From a virus (lineage: Duplodnaviria; Caudoviricetes): 64,000 nucleotides of DNA. Where the stretch lies: positions 1 to 64,000 of the IMG/VR virus record IMGVR_UViG_3300033420_000004; one strand, written 5' to 3'. How positions within the stretch are numbered: position 1 is the stretch's first letter; each line of letters starts with the position of its first letter. The notes under the pieces were generated by a model, which did no database searches, was not told the DNA's origin, and was given only the letters and a program-made list of their open reading frames with translations. The position numbers and the translations under genes were made by a program. Below, piece after piece: positions 1 through 8,845 of the stretch.

Positions 1-2769
1 GCATTATTTCTTAATTCAATAACAGGAAATGATATACAGTTTCAAACTGATGATAACACAAGAATGTCAATTCGTAATGATGGTAATGTAGGTATTGGAA
101 CAAATGACCCTAATTATTCATTAACTATCGCTAATTCATCTTATAATCATATTAGATTATATCGTTCAGTTGCATCTGATTACGCAATGGAAATTGGAGG
201 TAGTGGTGAATTTTATTTAAAAAATTTAGTATCTGGTTTATATCCATTGACAACATTAGGTAATGGTAATGTAGGTATTGGAGTTACTAATCCATTGTCA
301 AAACTTCATATACACGGTAATTCAATTTATTTATCTAATGGTGGTAGTGAAATTAATTATGGATTTTTAACAACTGTAGAAAATACATTTAATACTTCAA
401 GATTAGATATTGGAACTACTTGGGGATTTGATACTAAAGTAACTGCAATGTCAATTATTAATGGTAATGTAGGTATTGGTACAACAGCACCTGCAAGTCA
501 ATTAGAAGTACACGGAAATGGTGCAGCTACAAATACTTCAATAAGACTTTCAAATAGTAATTACAATACCAATTACAATACTGTACTAGGTATGACAAAT
601 GGAGCACAGGGCAGGTTACAATTTGGAAATAATGATGATAATGAAATAAGATTTGGAGCAACTAATGTAGGTGGCTATGGTTCATTTTATACCAATAACA
701 CTGCTGCTTGGGATGCAGCTACAAATGGTACTTTAGCAATGCGACTTTTGAATACTGGCAATGTGTATTTTCCAGGTAGTGTAGGTATTGGAACAAATGA
801 CCCAGAAGATATTAAATTAGACGTCCTTGGTGATACAAGGTTACTGACAACATCATATCTATCAGGCTTTAACGGCAATGGAATGCAACTTGTAAAGAGT
901 GGTAGCAATTATGACTTGGAACTAGATAATTTAATAGTAAGAAAGGCAATGACCGTTTATGAACTAATCATCAAAAAGATTAGGGCAATAGGTGGTAGTT
1001 TTTGGGTAAGTTCTGCACATAAGATTAAAACAGTATCTTATGTCAATCCAACCTATACAGTTTTAATTGATAGGGATGGGAGTAATATAGCTGTTGAATT
1101 TGCTGTAAATGATATATTAAGATGTCAAGCATTTAATGGAAGAGGTGTAAAATACTATTCCGCTATTGTCACAAGTCTTGTAACTGATGGTTTTACAATG
1201 ATTAAAACCGATGGTTCAGGAACTCCTGAAATCGGGGATGATTTAGTAAAGGTTGGTAATAGTACAGATGCGGCAAGACAGAGTTCTATTTACATGACTA
1301 CAAGCGATAGCAATGCTCCTTTTATAGATGTTATGAACGGGGTCAATTCTTACTCTTTTACCAGCAGTAACGTAAAAGTAAGATTAGGATTGCTTACAGG
1401 TATAACTGATGCTGAGTATGGAGCATTAAGCGGTTACGGATTATACGCCGACAATGTATTCTTAAAAGGTAAGATCACAGCAACTAGCGGTGCTATCGGT
1501 GGTTGGACATTAACGTCTAACGCATTAACTGCTGGTAGTGGAGCAACAACAGTTGGCTTGAGTTCTGCTGTTACAGGAGGTGATGACGTTAGAATATATG
1601 CAGGAAGCTCTACTCCAACATCAGCTCCTTTTAGAGTAACTGAAACAGGAGTATTAACAGCAACTAGTGGTACTATTGGTGGGTTTACTTTAAGTTCAAC
1701 TAAATTAAGTGCTGGATCAGTAGCAACTACAATATCACTAGATACCGCCAATGGAATTCATTTAGGTGCTACTGCTTTTGCTTCAGCACCATTTAGGGTT
1801 ACTCTAGCAGGAGCACTAACAGCTACGAATGCAACTATTACAGGTAGTGTTACAGCTACAAGTGGTACTATCGGTGGTTGGACTATTCAATCTACTTATA
1901 TTGCTAAAGACACAGGAACAGCGGCAACCAGTTCAGGAATGGCTCCAACAGATTATCCATTTTACGCAGGGCAAACTTATGCTAACCGAGCAACTGCCCC
2001 TTTCCGAGTCACTCCCGCAGGAACAGCTATTGCTTCAAAATTTATAACTTCTTATATTATAGGAAGTGATATTATAGGTAGAATAGATTTGCAATACAGT
2101 ACTAGTTCTGCTACTTATGTTAAGTTACAGCAAATGACATTAGGGGCGGATATACAAGGAACAAAGACATTAAGAATTACTTTTCATTTAAGAAGCTCAG
2201 GAGCAAACAACACCTATGCAAGAATATATAGGAACGGGGTTGCTGTAGGTACAGAAAGAAACAGTCCAAATGCTACTGGTAGTATGTTTACTGAAGATAT
2301 ATCTGGTTGGGCAGCAGGGGATTTAATTCAGGTTTATGCTCATGGTACTAGTGGTACAAATACTGCCTACGTAAAAGAATTCAGGTTGAGAGGTTCTCAC
2401 TTTGATTTTACCAATGAAGTATCTACAACATTAGAACCTAATATACAAGTAAAGGCAACCCAATTTTTATATGTAGACCATGATAGACCACAACCTCTTG
2501 CTCAGTTAGATGATGATTCTGCAACTTTGCAGGTATATCTAAATGGATCTGCCTCCACTATTTATTTGCCACTGACTCCAACACTAGGTAGAACATTTAT
2601 TATTTCTAATATAAGTGCTGTCAACTTAACCGTATCTATAGCAACGGGTTCGGGGGATTCTATTTTTTATGCTGGTAGTAGTGTATCCACTGTAGTATAT
2701 GGGCAACATAGGTGCATGACCTTAATTTACATTGGTAGTAATTTTTGGGTAGTATCATCATTTACTTAG
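1..2769 (+). CDS. Tail fibre / receptor-binding protein, 5'-truncated by the window edge
   Basis: Frame is open from base 1. Four G(N/S)VGIG(T/V) repeats, a central ELDNLIVRKAMTVYELIIKKIRAIGG block, three TATSGxIGG(W/F)T and three APFRVT repeats; Gly/Ser/Thr-rich; lies just upstream of the lysis genes. Confidence 0.75.
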   Translation, partial: ALFLNSITGNDIQFQTDDNTRMSIRNDGNVGIGTNDPNYSLTIANSSYNHIRLYRSVASDYAMEIGGSGEFYLKNLVSGLYPLTTLGNGNVGIGVTNPLSKLHIHGNSIYLSNGGSEINYGFLTTVENTFNTSRLDIGTTWGFDTKVTAMSIINGNVGIGTTAPASQLEVHGNGAATNTSIRLSNSNYNTNYNTVLGMTNGAQGRLQFGNNDDNEIRFGATNVGGYGSFYTNNTAAWDAATNGTLAMRLLNTGNVYFPGSVGIGTNDPEDIKLDVLGDTRLLTTSYLSGFNGNGMQLVKSGSNYDLELDNLIVRKAMTVYELIIKKIRAIGGSFWVSSAHKIKTVSYVNPTYTVLIDRDGSNIAVEFAVNDILRCQAFNGRGVKYYSAIVTSLVTDGFTMIKTDGSGTPEIGDDLVKVGNSTDAARQSSIYMTTSDSNAPFIDVMNGVNSYSFTSSNVKVRLGLLTGITDAEYGALSGYGLYADNVFLKGKITATSGAIGGWTLTSNALTAGSGATTVGLSSAVTGGDDVRIYAGSSTPTSAPFRVTETGVLTATSGTIGGFTLSSTKLSAGSVATTISLDTANGIHLGATAFASAPFRVTLAGALTATNATITGSVTATSGTIGGWTIQSTYIAKDTGTAATSSGMAPTDYPFYAGQTYANRATAPFRVTPAGTAIASKFITSYIIGSDIIGRIDLQYSTSSATYVKLQQMTLGADIQGTKTLRITFHLRSSGANNTYARIYRNGVAVGTERNSPNATGSMFTEDISGWAAGDLIQVYAHGTSGTNTAYVKEFRLRGSHFDFTNEVSTTLEPNIQVKATQFLYVDHDRPQPLAQLDDDSATLQVYLNGSASTIYLPLTPTLGRTFIISNISAVNLTVSIATGSGDSIFYAGSSVSTVVYGQHRCMTLIYIGSNFWVVSSFT

Positions 2770-2826
2770 TATTAAAAAAATTTAATTATATTTACCTTTT
2801 TAATTATTAACCAAATAAATTTAATC

Positions 2827-3072
2827 ATGAATTACATTGTAAAAGAAATGGACAATTCCGCTGAGATGCGACCTGTCCAACCAGAAAAAAAGTATGAACT
2901 GTTAAGTACTGAAACAGTTAAAGACGTTAATAACAAAGACGTTACTATTCCAAAGAGCCTTGGATGGTTCTCGGTTACTAGCCTTGAACTAGAAAAAACC
3001 CGTCTCACAGAAATGATTGCTGAGATTGATGCTAAATTAAGTGCTATAAGTGCTCAGGCAACTAACGTCTAA
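2827..3072 (+). CDS. Hypothetical protein (81 aa), possibly tail-fibre associated
   Basis: ORF with A-rich leader directly after the fibre gene; C-terminal coiled-coil-like segment. Confidence 0.6.
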   Translation: MNYIVKEMDNSAEMRPVQPEKKYELLSTETVKDVNNKDVTIPKSLGWFSVTSLELEKTRLTEMIAEIDAKLSAISAQATNV

Positions 3073-3090
3073 CTTTTAAAAAATATAAAA

Positions 3091-3429
3091 ATGACTGAAA
3101 TTAAATTATCCGTACTTGATAGAGCTGTATTCAATGAACTACTTCCTAAAAATGGGAAAATAGTAGAAATGTTGATGGCTAAAAACCTTACATCCTTGGT
3201 TGAGTTTACCGCTAAAGAAATAGAAGCATTTGGAATAAAGGATGCTCAGAATGGTGGTATAAATTGGGATAAAACGAAAATAAAAGACGTTAGCTTTAAC
3301 TTTGAAAATTCTGAAATTGAATTTTTGAAAAAAGGAGCAGACCTTCTTGATTCAGGTGGACAGGTAACTGCATACACTCTGGAACTGGTATTAAAAGTAC
3401 AAAATGCTAAACCAATCCAAACAAAGTAG
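3091..3429 (+). CDS. Hypothetical phage protein (112 aa)
   Basis: Closely spaced ORF between the fibre and endolysin genes. Confidence 0.6.
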   Translation: MTEIKLSVLDRAVFNELLPKNGKIVEMLMAKNLTSLVEFTAKEIEAFGIKDAQNGGINWDKTKIKDVSFNFENSEIEFLKKGADLLDSGGQVTAYTLELVLKVQNAKPIQTK

Positions 3430-3440
3430 AGTAAGAAATA

Positions 3441-4043
3441 ATGGAAAAGATATTCCTAATTGACTCAGGTCATGGCGGGTTTATAAATGGGGCGTATCAA
3501 ACCGCCCCTGCAAAGATGTTTACCCATAAGGACGGCACTATTGCGTATGAGGGGGCTTTGAATAGGCAGATTAAAAACTATGTACTTCGATTACTAGTTC
3601 AGTATAAACTGAAGTTCATTGATGTCTGTCCTACTGACTTAGACATACCCCTATCTGTTCGTACCAATATTATCAATTCCTACTGTTCTCACTATGGCAA
3701 AGAAAACTGTTTACTCATTGACTTACATTCAAATGCAGGAGGGGGAAGAGGTTTTGAAATCTGGACAAGTCCTGGACAAGATGGAAGTGACCCTTACGCA
3801 ACGAGATTTTATGACATGTTCGCTGCAAAGTTTCCTACCACCGCAATGCGTGCTGATAAGTGTGACCAAGACCCAGACAAAGAATCGAAGTTCTGGATGT
3901 TAGTACAATCTAAGTGTCCAGCGATATTGCCTGAATGGTTATTCTTTGATACTTATGAGGACTGGGTAATTATGCGAGACCCTATCAATCAGATGAATTA
4001 CGCACAAATGATAGCGGATTTTTGTAACCAAGTAAAACTATAA
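3441..4043 (+). CDS. Endolysin, N-acetylmuramoyl-L-alanine amidase (Amidase_3 family)
   Basis: Zn-amidase motifs IDSGHGG, YEGALN, DLHSNA, GFEIWT and AILPEWLF. Confidence 0.9.
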   Translation: MEKIFLIDSGHGGFINGAYQTAPAKMFTHKDGTIAYEGALNRQIKNYVLRLLVQYKLKFIDVCPTDLDIPLSVRTNIINSYCSHYGKENCLLIDLHSNAGGGRGFEIWTSPGQDGSDPYATRFYDMFAAKFPTTAMRADKCDQDPDKESKFWMLVQSKCPAILPEWLFFDTYEDWVIMRDPINQMNYAQMIADFCNQVKL

Positions 4044-4048
4044 ACATT

Positions 4049-4336
4049 ATGGAACTTTATTTAGCAGTATTATTCGGAGTGGTTATTTACGCCACCTTAC
4101 AATGGAATGAAACCTCCAAAACAAAAGATTTCAACTGGGTGCGGAATATGATAATCCCATCATGGCTTTCAATTCTAACTGGCTGTGCCTTGGTATGGTC
4201 GAGGGAGGATTTGGTCACTATTTATCCTATAACAAAGATCACTGCCTTACTAGCAGGAGTTTCAGGTCAAGCGGTATGGAAGAAAATAGTGGGAGTATTT
4301 GATAAAAAAATAGATACCGTAGTGGGTATCAACTAA
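4049..4336 (+). CDS. Putative holin
   Basis: 95 aa with 2-3 hydrophobic segments and a charged C-terminus, adjacent to the endolysin. Confidence 0.65.
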   Translation: MELYLAVLFGVVIYATLQWNETSKTKDFNWVRNMIIPSWLSILTGCALVWSREDLVTIYPITKITALLAGVSGQAVWKKIVGVFDKKIDTVVGIN

Positions 4337-4339
4337 GCC

Positions 4340-5038
4340 ATGAAAGAAATCAAGTGGATATTAGCGGCGTTGAGCGTATTGGGCATTGTTTTCCTTTTAG
4401 GGGTTAACAATTGTTCCCGTAAAAAATACGCTGAACAGCAGGTAGTCGTTGCTGAGCTTACTCTTGCTAAGGATAATTTAGCTAGTCAGGTAAAGCTCAG
4501 GGATGCTCTTATCAAGGCGAAGGATGTTAAAATAAGTATTGTTGAAGGCAATTTAAAGCTCTCGGAAATAGAGAAGGAAAAACTAAACTCTCAATTTACC
4601 AATTTGAAGGGGCAATACGACAATTTAGCTTCGAGCTTGGATAATATACCGCCCGACAGTAGTTATTCGATTCTTACACGTTTTGTTTACGTTTTCGAGG
4701 GGGTTAATCGGTATCCCTTTAACGCTTCTCAGGTAAAGGCTATTCATTTAACCTATTTACAGAAACTTCAGTTGGGTAAAATTAATAGCAATCTACTCGG
4801 GCAGGTTGAGAATTGTGAATCTAGGATAGTAAAAAAGGATAGTATTTTGACGTTAAAGAATGATAAAATAACATACTTAAATCAAAATATTAATTCTCTG
4901 GACAGTATTATAAACAATGATACAGTTCTGCTCGATCTAAAGGATAAGCAATACAAGAAGGAAAAACGAAAGAAGGGGTTTTGGCGGTTGACTGCCATTA
5001 TAGTTACTGGGGTAGTCATAGGGGCTAGCATACGGTAA
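4340..5038 (+). CDS. Putative spanin-like lysis protein
   Basis: N-terminal hydrophobic helix ending near Cys25, long coiled coil, basic patch and C-terminal hydrophobic helix; last gene of the lysis cassette. Confidence 0.55.
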   Translation: MKEIKWILAALSVLGIVFLLGVNNCSRKKYAEQQVVVAELTLAKDNLASQVKLRDALIKAKDVKISIVEGNLKLSEIEKEKLNSQFTNLKGQYDNLASSLDNIPPDSSYSILTRFVYVFEGVNRYPFNASQVKAIHLTYLQKLQLGKINSNLLGQVENCESRIVKKDSILTLKNDKITYLNQNINSLDSIINNDTVLLDLKDKQYKKEKRKKGFWRLTAIIVTGVVIGASIR

Positions 5039-5042
5039 AAAC

Positions 5043-5070
5043 AAAGGGGCTTTAATTTAGCCCCTTTTTT
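5043..5070. terminator. Bidirectional intrinsic terminator between convergent transcription units
   Basis: AAAGGGGCT-ttaattt-AGCCCCTTT followed by a T run, with an A run on the other side, at the +/- convergence point. Confidence 0.85.
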
Positions 5071-5071
5071 A

Positions 5072-5284
5072 TTATTGCACCGGCATTAAGAATACATGAA
5101 AGACAAGAGTAACTTGTATTATATAAGTACCAATATACTTTCCCTTAAAATCATCTTGAATAGGATGACCAGTCCCAAAAATCCTAATAACATGCTGAAT
5201 TTGCTGCTTATCTGGATTTACTTTGGCATAAAGGCAGGGGGTTCCATTTTTAACTATTACTGTTAAAATCTCTGCTCCAAATTG
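5072..5284 (-). pseudogene. Start-less ORF resembling a small conserved phage protein (DUF7352-like)
   Basis: Open frame QFGAEILTVIVKNGTPCLYAKVNP...IFGTGHPI...YIGTY...VFHVF with no ATG; 5' end overlaps the 3' end of 5263..6021. Family assignment is from memory. Confidence 0.45.
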
Positions 5285-6021
5285 TTAATCCTCTTTATCT
5301 CGCCAATAGTCCATGCAACAGCCAATTCAAAAACGTCTTGAAATACATTATTTGACTTTTCAACTGCATTCAAATAAGCGCCTTGATTTACTCTTTTCTT
5401 AACTGCCTCCCTATCTGGCATCTTCACCTCTCGGAGTGATGCTTTTCCGATTGCTTTAATAAACTGATCTTTAGCCATTACGGTTCTACCAGCATAAAAA
5501 CCGACATCATCAAAACTTTCTCCGACAGATTCTGAAAATAAATCCCATAATTCTTCTGGATTCACCTCCTGTTCGGGTTGCTCATACACCAACTTAGCCT
5601 TAATAGTTTTCTGCTCTGGGAACTTTGCGACTATATCCATGTCGGATTTCCCCTCTGATACATCCATGTGTTCGGTAACATACCCACAATGATTATTTAA
5701 TATCCATTCAGCAGTGCATTCCGTATGATTTCTAAATTTGGTAGCTTTATGAATATCAGTAACCCATCTTTTACCATCAACATCTAAATAATGAGGAATC
5801 GTACTATAAAACACATTCTTAATCATCCAATAAGGCTTTCCATCTTCCACAGGTCGGGGGGATGATGATTCGAGTTGATTCGGTTCGGAATAATACGCTT
5901 TAATAGCTTCGTATATATCACTTCGCCAATGATTAATAGCTCTTCCAGCTTCATCATAATGCTTTAAAGCATCATTCATCATATCTGATTTAGCGCAGTC
6001 TTTATAATTTTCTGTTTTCAT
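5263..6021 (-). CDS. Hypothetical protein, partial paralog of 7583..8257
   Basis: Shares GKxYW...RWVxxIHxATK...VTEHMDVSE with 7583..8257. Confidence 0.7.
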   Translation of the reverse strand: MKTENYKDCAKSDMMNDALKHYDEAGRAINHWRSDIYEAIKAYYSEPNQLESSSPRPVEDGKPYWMIKNVFYSTIPHYLDVDGKRWVTDIHKATKFRNHTECTAEWILNNHCGYVTEHMDVSEGKSDMDIVAKFPEQKTIKAKLVYEQPEQEVNPEELWDLFSESVGESFDDVGFYAGRTVMAKDQFIKAIGKASLREVKMPDREAVKKRVNQGAYLNAVEKSNNVFQDVFELAVAWTIGEIKRINNLEQRF

Positions 6022-6311
6022 ACCTTACTTTTTGAAATGTGAATTTTGTTATCTCTAATTTCTTTTGCGCCTGCCATGTAGGCTGCGTTTACTAATGCTT
6101 CAACATCAGTACAAAACAAATCAACACCTGCATCATTTATGTAATCCGTTGCTGCATTCTCAATATCATCATCTGTAGGGTTTACACTGGATTGGTTTTT
6201 GAATTCTATCATTGCATCGATAATATATCGATTATAATGCCCTGTATCTCCATTTAAAGCAGCTTCCGTTATCTTTACGATTTCCGTGTAACCTTTTGTT
6301 TTTGGTATCAT
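6018..6311 (-). CDS. Hypothetical protein (97 aa)
   Basis: ATGA-coupled to its neighbours. Confidence 0.65.
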   Translation of the reverse strand: MIPKTKGYTEIVKITEAALNGDTGHYNRYIIDAMIEFKNQSSVNPTDDDIENAATDYINDAGVDLFCTDVEALVNAAYMAGAKEIRDNKIHISKSKV

Positions 6312-6520
6312 TTTATTAAGTTGTTTGTAAATTCAATTACATACCCTCTGTCTTCCCATAGTTTTATGTGTTCTTTTAAATCTCCGAAAGTAAGAGTGCC
6401 TCTTAATCCTGTTTCATTACAATGTTTTCCAATAGTATCTGACAACCATTGAACCCAGAAATGCTGTCTACCTTTATCGTCCGGCATTTTATCTTCTATA
6501 AATATATAAGCTGTTTTCAT
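6308..6520 (-). CDS. Hypothetical protein (70 aa)
   Basis: Coupled ORF in the minus-strand operon. Confidence 0.6.
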   Translation of the reverse strand: MKTAYIFIEDKMPDDKGRQHFWVQWLSDTIGKHCNETGLRGTLTFGDLKEHIKLWEDRGYVIEFTNNLIK

Positions 6521-6522
6521 TA

Positions 6523-7137
6523 TTATTCCTCCAAATTATTTAATATTAACCACATTGGTTGAACAGGTACATAAACTAAACAAATTGCCACGGGAATTTC
6601 GGCGATATACCACATAACGTATTTTTGAGTCCATTTAACCTTATACTCTAATTTACGAGTAGTAAGGTAGGCTAACATTGAGATTCCTCTCATGCGTGTC
6701 TGAAACCTGTCATAAACTTCGATCTTTTCACCATCTTTGGTATAAGCGTAGTAATCGCTTGAGTCTTCATTATTATAAATGGAGAAATATATACCAGGTT
6801 TTCCATCTGGAACCATAGTTTCAAATACATCTATTTCCTGTAATTTCTGCATTTGTAATTGAAGTAGCCAGAATACAGGATTCTTATTTTCGGTCTTGAA
6901 TGATACCATCATGCTGTTCTTATATTCCCCTCTGAAATAAAGCTCATCATTATAGAATGTGTTGAGTTCACCTTTTGTTGGTGCACCTGAGAACGGATTT
7001 ACATCCGTCCACTTTGCTCCGTTATTTGTGATATCATAATTACTTTCTTTGAGTCCAAATCTCCAGCGGATTTTGAAATTCCACTGAAGAAGTTCGCTTA
7101 AAATGTAGCTGATTGCAAGTAATAGGTAGTGTTTCAT
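6523..7137 (-). CDS. Hypothetical membrane-associated protein (204 aa)
   Basis: Hydrophobic N- and C-terminal segments. Confidence 0.6.
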   Translation of the reverse strand: MKHYLLLAISYILSELLQWNFKIRWRFGLKESNYDITNNGAKWTDVNPFSGAPTKGELNTFYNDELYFRGEYKNSMMVSFKTENKNPVFWLLQLQMQKLQEIDVFETMVPDGKPGIYFSIYNNEDSSDYYAYTKDGEKIEVYDRFQTRMRGISMLAYLTTRKLEYKVKWTQKYVMWYIAEIPVAICLVYVPVQPMWLILNNLEE

Positions 7138-7277
7138 TTGTTTAGTTTTTTATATGATTTAAGAACATATCCCTGAAATCCAAAAGCAGCTGGTTGAAGC
7201 CATGGCGAGCATCCCGCTCTCTCACCTATATGCACAAGGGTATACTCGTACCCAAATTTAAGAATTTTCTTTTCCAT
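7134..7277 (-). CDS. Small ORF (47 aa) absent from the ORF track
   Basis: MEKKILKFGYEY...KKLNK; start overlaps the upstream stop (TAATG) and stop overlaps the downstream start (ATGA). Confidence 0.55.
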   Translation of the reverse strand: MEKKILKFGYEYTLVHIGERAGCSPWLQPAAFGFQGYVLKSYKKLNK

Positions 7278-7567
7278 TATTTTATTATTTTTGGTAGTTC
7301 AATATAAACCTTCCCGGTATTGTAAACACCCTCTAAAGAATCCACTAGGACATACTCATACGACCCGTCAGCTTTTTCGCCATATGTAAAAACTCTAATT
7401 GGTTTGGGTGCTCCAAGTACCCAATCAACAACAAGCTCTTCATTTGTGAGGGTTTTTCGTGGATGGCATGGTAAAAGAACAGCACAGACCAATACAATTA
7501 CCGCTAGTAGCATCATAATAAAAGCCGGGTATAAAAAATATTTAATTTCTGATATCCATTTTTTCAT
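7277..7567 (-). CDS. Small membrane protein (96 aa)
   Basis: One N-terminal transmembrane segment (LYPAFIMMLLAVIVLVCAVLL). Confidence 0.6.
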   Translation of the reverse strand: MKKWISEIKYFLYPAFIMMLLAVIVLVCAVLLPCHPRKTLTNEELVVDWVLGAPKPIRVFTYGEKADGSYEYVLVDSLEGVYNTGKVYIELPKIIK

Positions 7568-7582
7568 GGTACTAAGTTTTTG

Positions 7583-8257
7583 TTATTTCAAATCGTTAAG
7601 CAACTTAACCTCGGTCAGAGTATCTTGTATACCTTTCATATACATTTTATGCCATGACATCTGTAGTTCCTGAATAGTACCACTAAACTCAAAAGGAATA
7701 GGATTTGCTTTTTCTAATAGCTCTGCATCAGGCAGTATGATAGATTGTGTATGAAATTCTCGCATGGCGTTAATAATTCTATCTATACCATCCCTATTTG
7801 ATGATTTTGGTAACAGTGGAAAATGTTTCATCAATATTTTCTCGGCACTCACCTGTTCGGGTTCCTCTTTGTAGTGTTCTTTTTCAAACTGTTCAGAAGC
7901 ACTAATTTTTAACTTAACGCTATTCTTATCTTCTGATACATCCATGTGTTCAGTGACTTCACCTATACGGTTTAACTCATTCCATACACGAGCGCACAAA
8001 TCTTTATTTTTATACTTAGTTGCCTCGTGAATGTTGTCAACCCACCTACACGTTTTAGCGTTCACATACCTTGAAACTCCCTCAAATTTACCCTCAACCA
8101 CCCAATAACGCTTTCCATATTCTGCGGGTGGGGTTGGTTCTGGTTCTGGTTCTGATAAAACGTCAACCAACTTCCTAAAAGCCGCAAAACTCATTCTTTC
8201 GTTGTACTCTGGATTTTTCCAGTACATTTCTACTAATTCAAATTCTGTCTTTTTCAT
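7583..8257 (-). CDS. Hypothetical protein, partial paralog of 5263..6021
   Basis: Probable start MKKTEF at 8257 (track start 8278); shared ~75-aa module. Confidence 0.7.
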   Translation of the reverse strand: MKKTEFELVEMYWKNPEYNERMSFAAFRKLVDVLSEPEPEPTPPAEYGKRYWVVEGKFEGVSRYVNAKTCRWVDNIHEATKYKNKDLCARVWNELNRIGEVTEHMDVSEDKNSVKLKISASEQFEKEHYKEEPEQVSAEKILMKHFPLLPKSSNRDGIDRIINAMREFHTQSIILPDAELLEKANPIPFEFSGTIQELQMSWHKMYMKGIQDTLTEVKLLNDLK

Positions 8258-8259
8258 GG

Positions 8260-8445
8260 CTAGTACTCCACTACCCATTTAAGGGTTTTTATTTCTCCTT
8301 TGAGAACATTAATGTTTTCTAATACCTGAGAACCGTATCCGCTTTGCATGTCAATTTGATTCATTGCCTGGTATTTATTTTCCTGCTGTTCTAATTCATA
8401 CCGTTTCTTAATTAGGATATCTAAAATTTCGTTTTCAGTTTTCAT
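8260..8445 (-). CDS. Hypothetical protein (61 aa)
   Basis: First gene downstream of the promoter copy at 8480-8513. Confidence 0.6.
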   Translation of the reverse strand: MKTENEILDILIKKRYELEQQENKYQAMNQIDMQSGYGSQVLENINVLKGEIKTLKWVVEY

Positions 8446-8479
8446 TAGTTTATTAATTACGTTAATAATAGGTTAGACT

Positions 8480-8513
8480 ATATTATACGCAAAACTAGTC
8501 CTCTGTGTTCAAA
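8480..8513 (-). promoter_or_regulatory. Phage-specific promoter motif, copy 1
   Basis: TTTGAACACAG-N14-GTATAATAT; same spacing in four copies. Confidence 0.75.
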
Positions 8514-8845
8514 TTATCAACATTTAATTCAGAATGTTTCCAAACATACCCACCTGCAAACTGTCTACGACCCAAGCAAACACTACTTATATCTGAATTA
8601 TTTATCCCGGTAGCACGTTCGGCCGCTCTTATATTTTCAAAGAATTTTATGAATGTTCCGTCTTTGGAATGCTGTGAAACTCCCTTGCAATTACCTCTTT
8701 TTATCTGTTCCAGGTACCCGGCGTTAAAACCAATGGCATACAACTGTTCTAGGTATTCTCCAAAGATATGAGGGTTGAAAACCAGGCAGACGTTATTAAT
8801 GGACAGTTCATCGATTATCTTTTGAATAGCAACTTCCCTAGTCAT
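8495..8845 (-). CDS. NUMOD1/IENR1 DNA-binding domain protein with no visible nuclease domain
   Basis: C-terminal VSQHSKDGTFIKFFENIRAAERATGINNSDISSVCLGRRQFAGGYVWK is a typical NUMOD1 helix-turn-helix. Confidence 0.75.
   Translation of the reverse strand: MTREVAIQKIIDELSINNVCLVFNPHIFGEYLEQLYAIGFNAGYLEQIKRGNCKGVSQHSKDGTFIKFFENIRAAERATGINNSDISSVCLGRRQFAGGYVWKHSELNVDNLNTED

Noticed and set aside
687-2047. Alternative-frame ORFs inside the tail fibre gene, and similar shadow ORFs throughout the window
   Set aside because: They overlap well-supported genes and have no recognisable motifs or expression signals.
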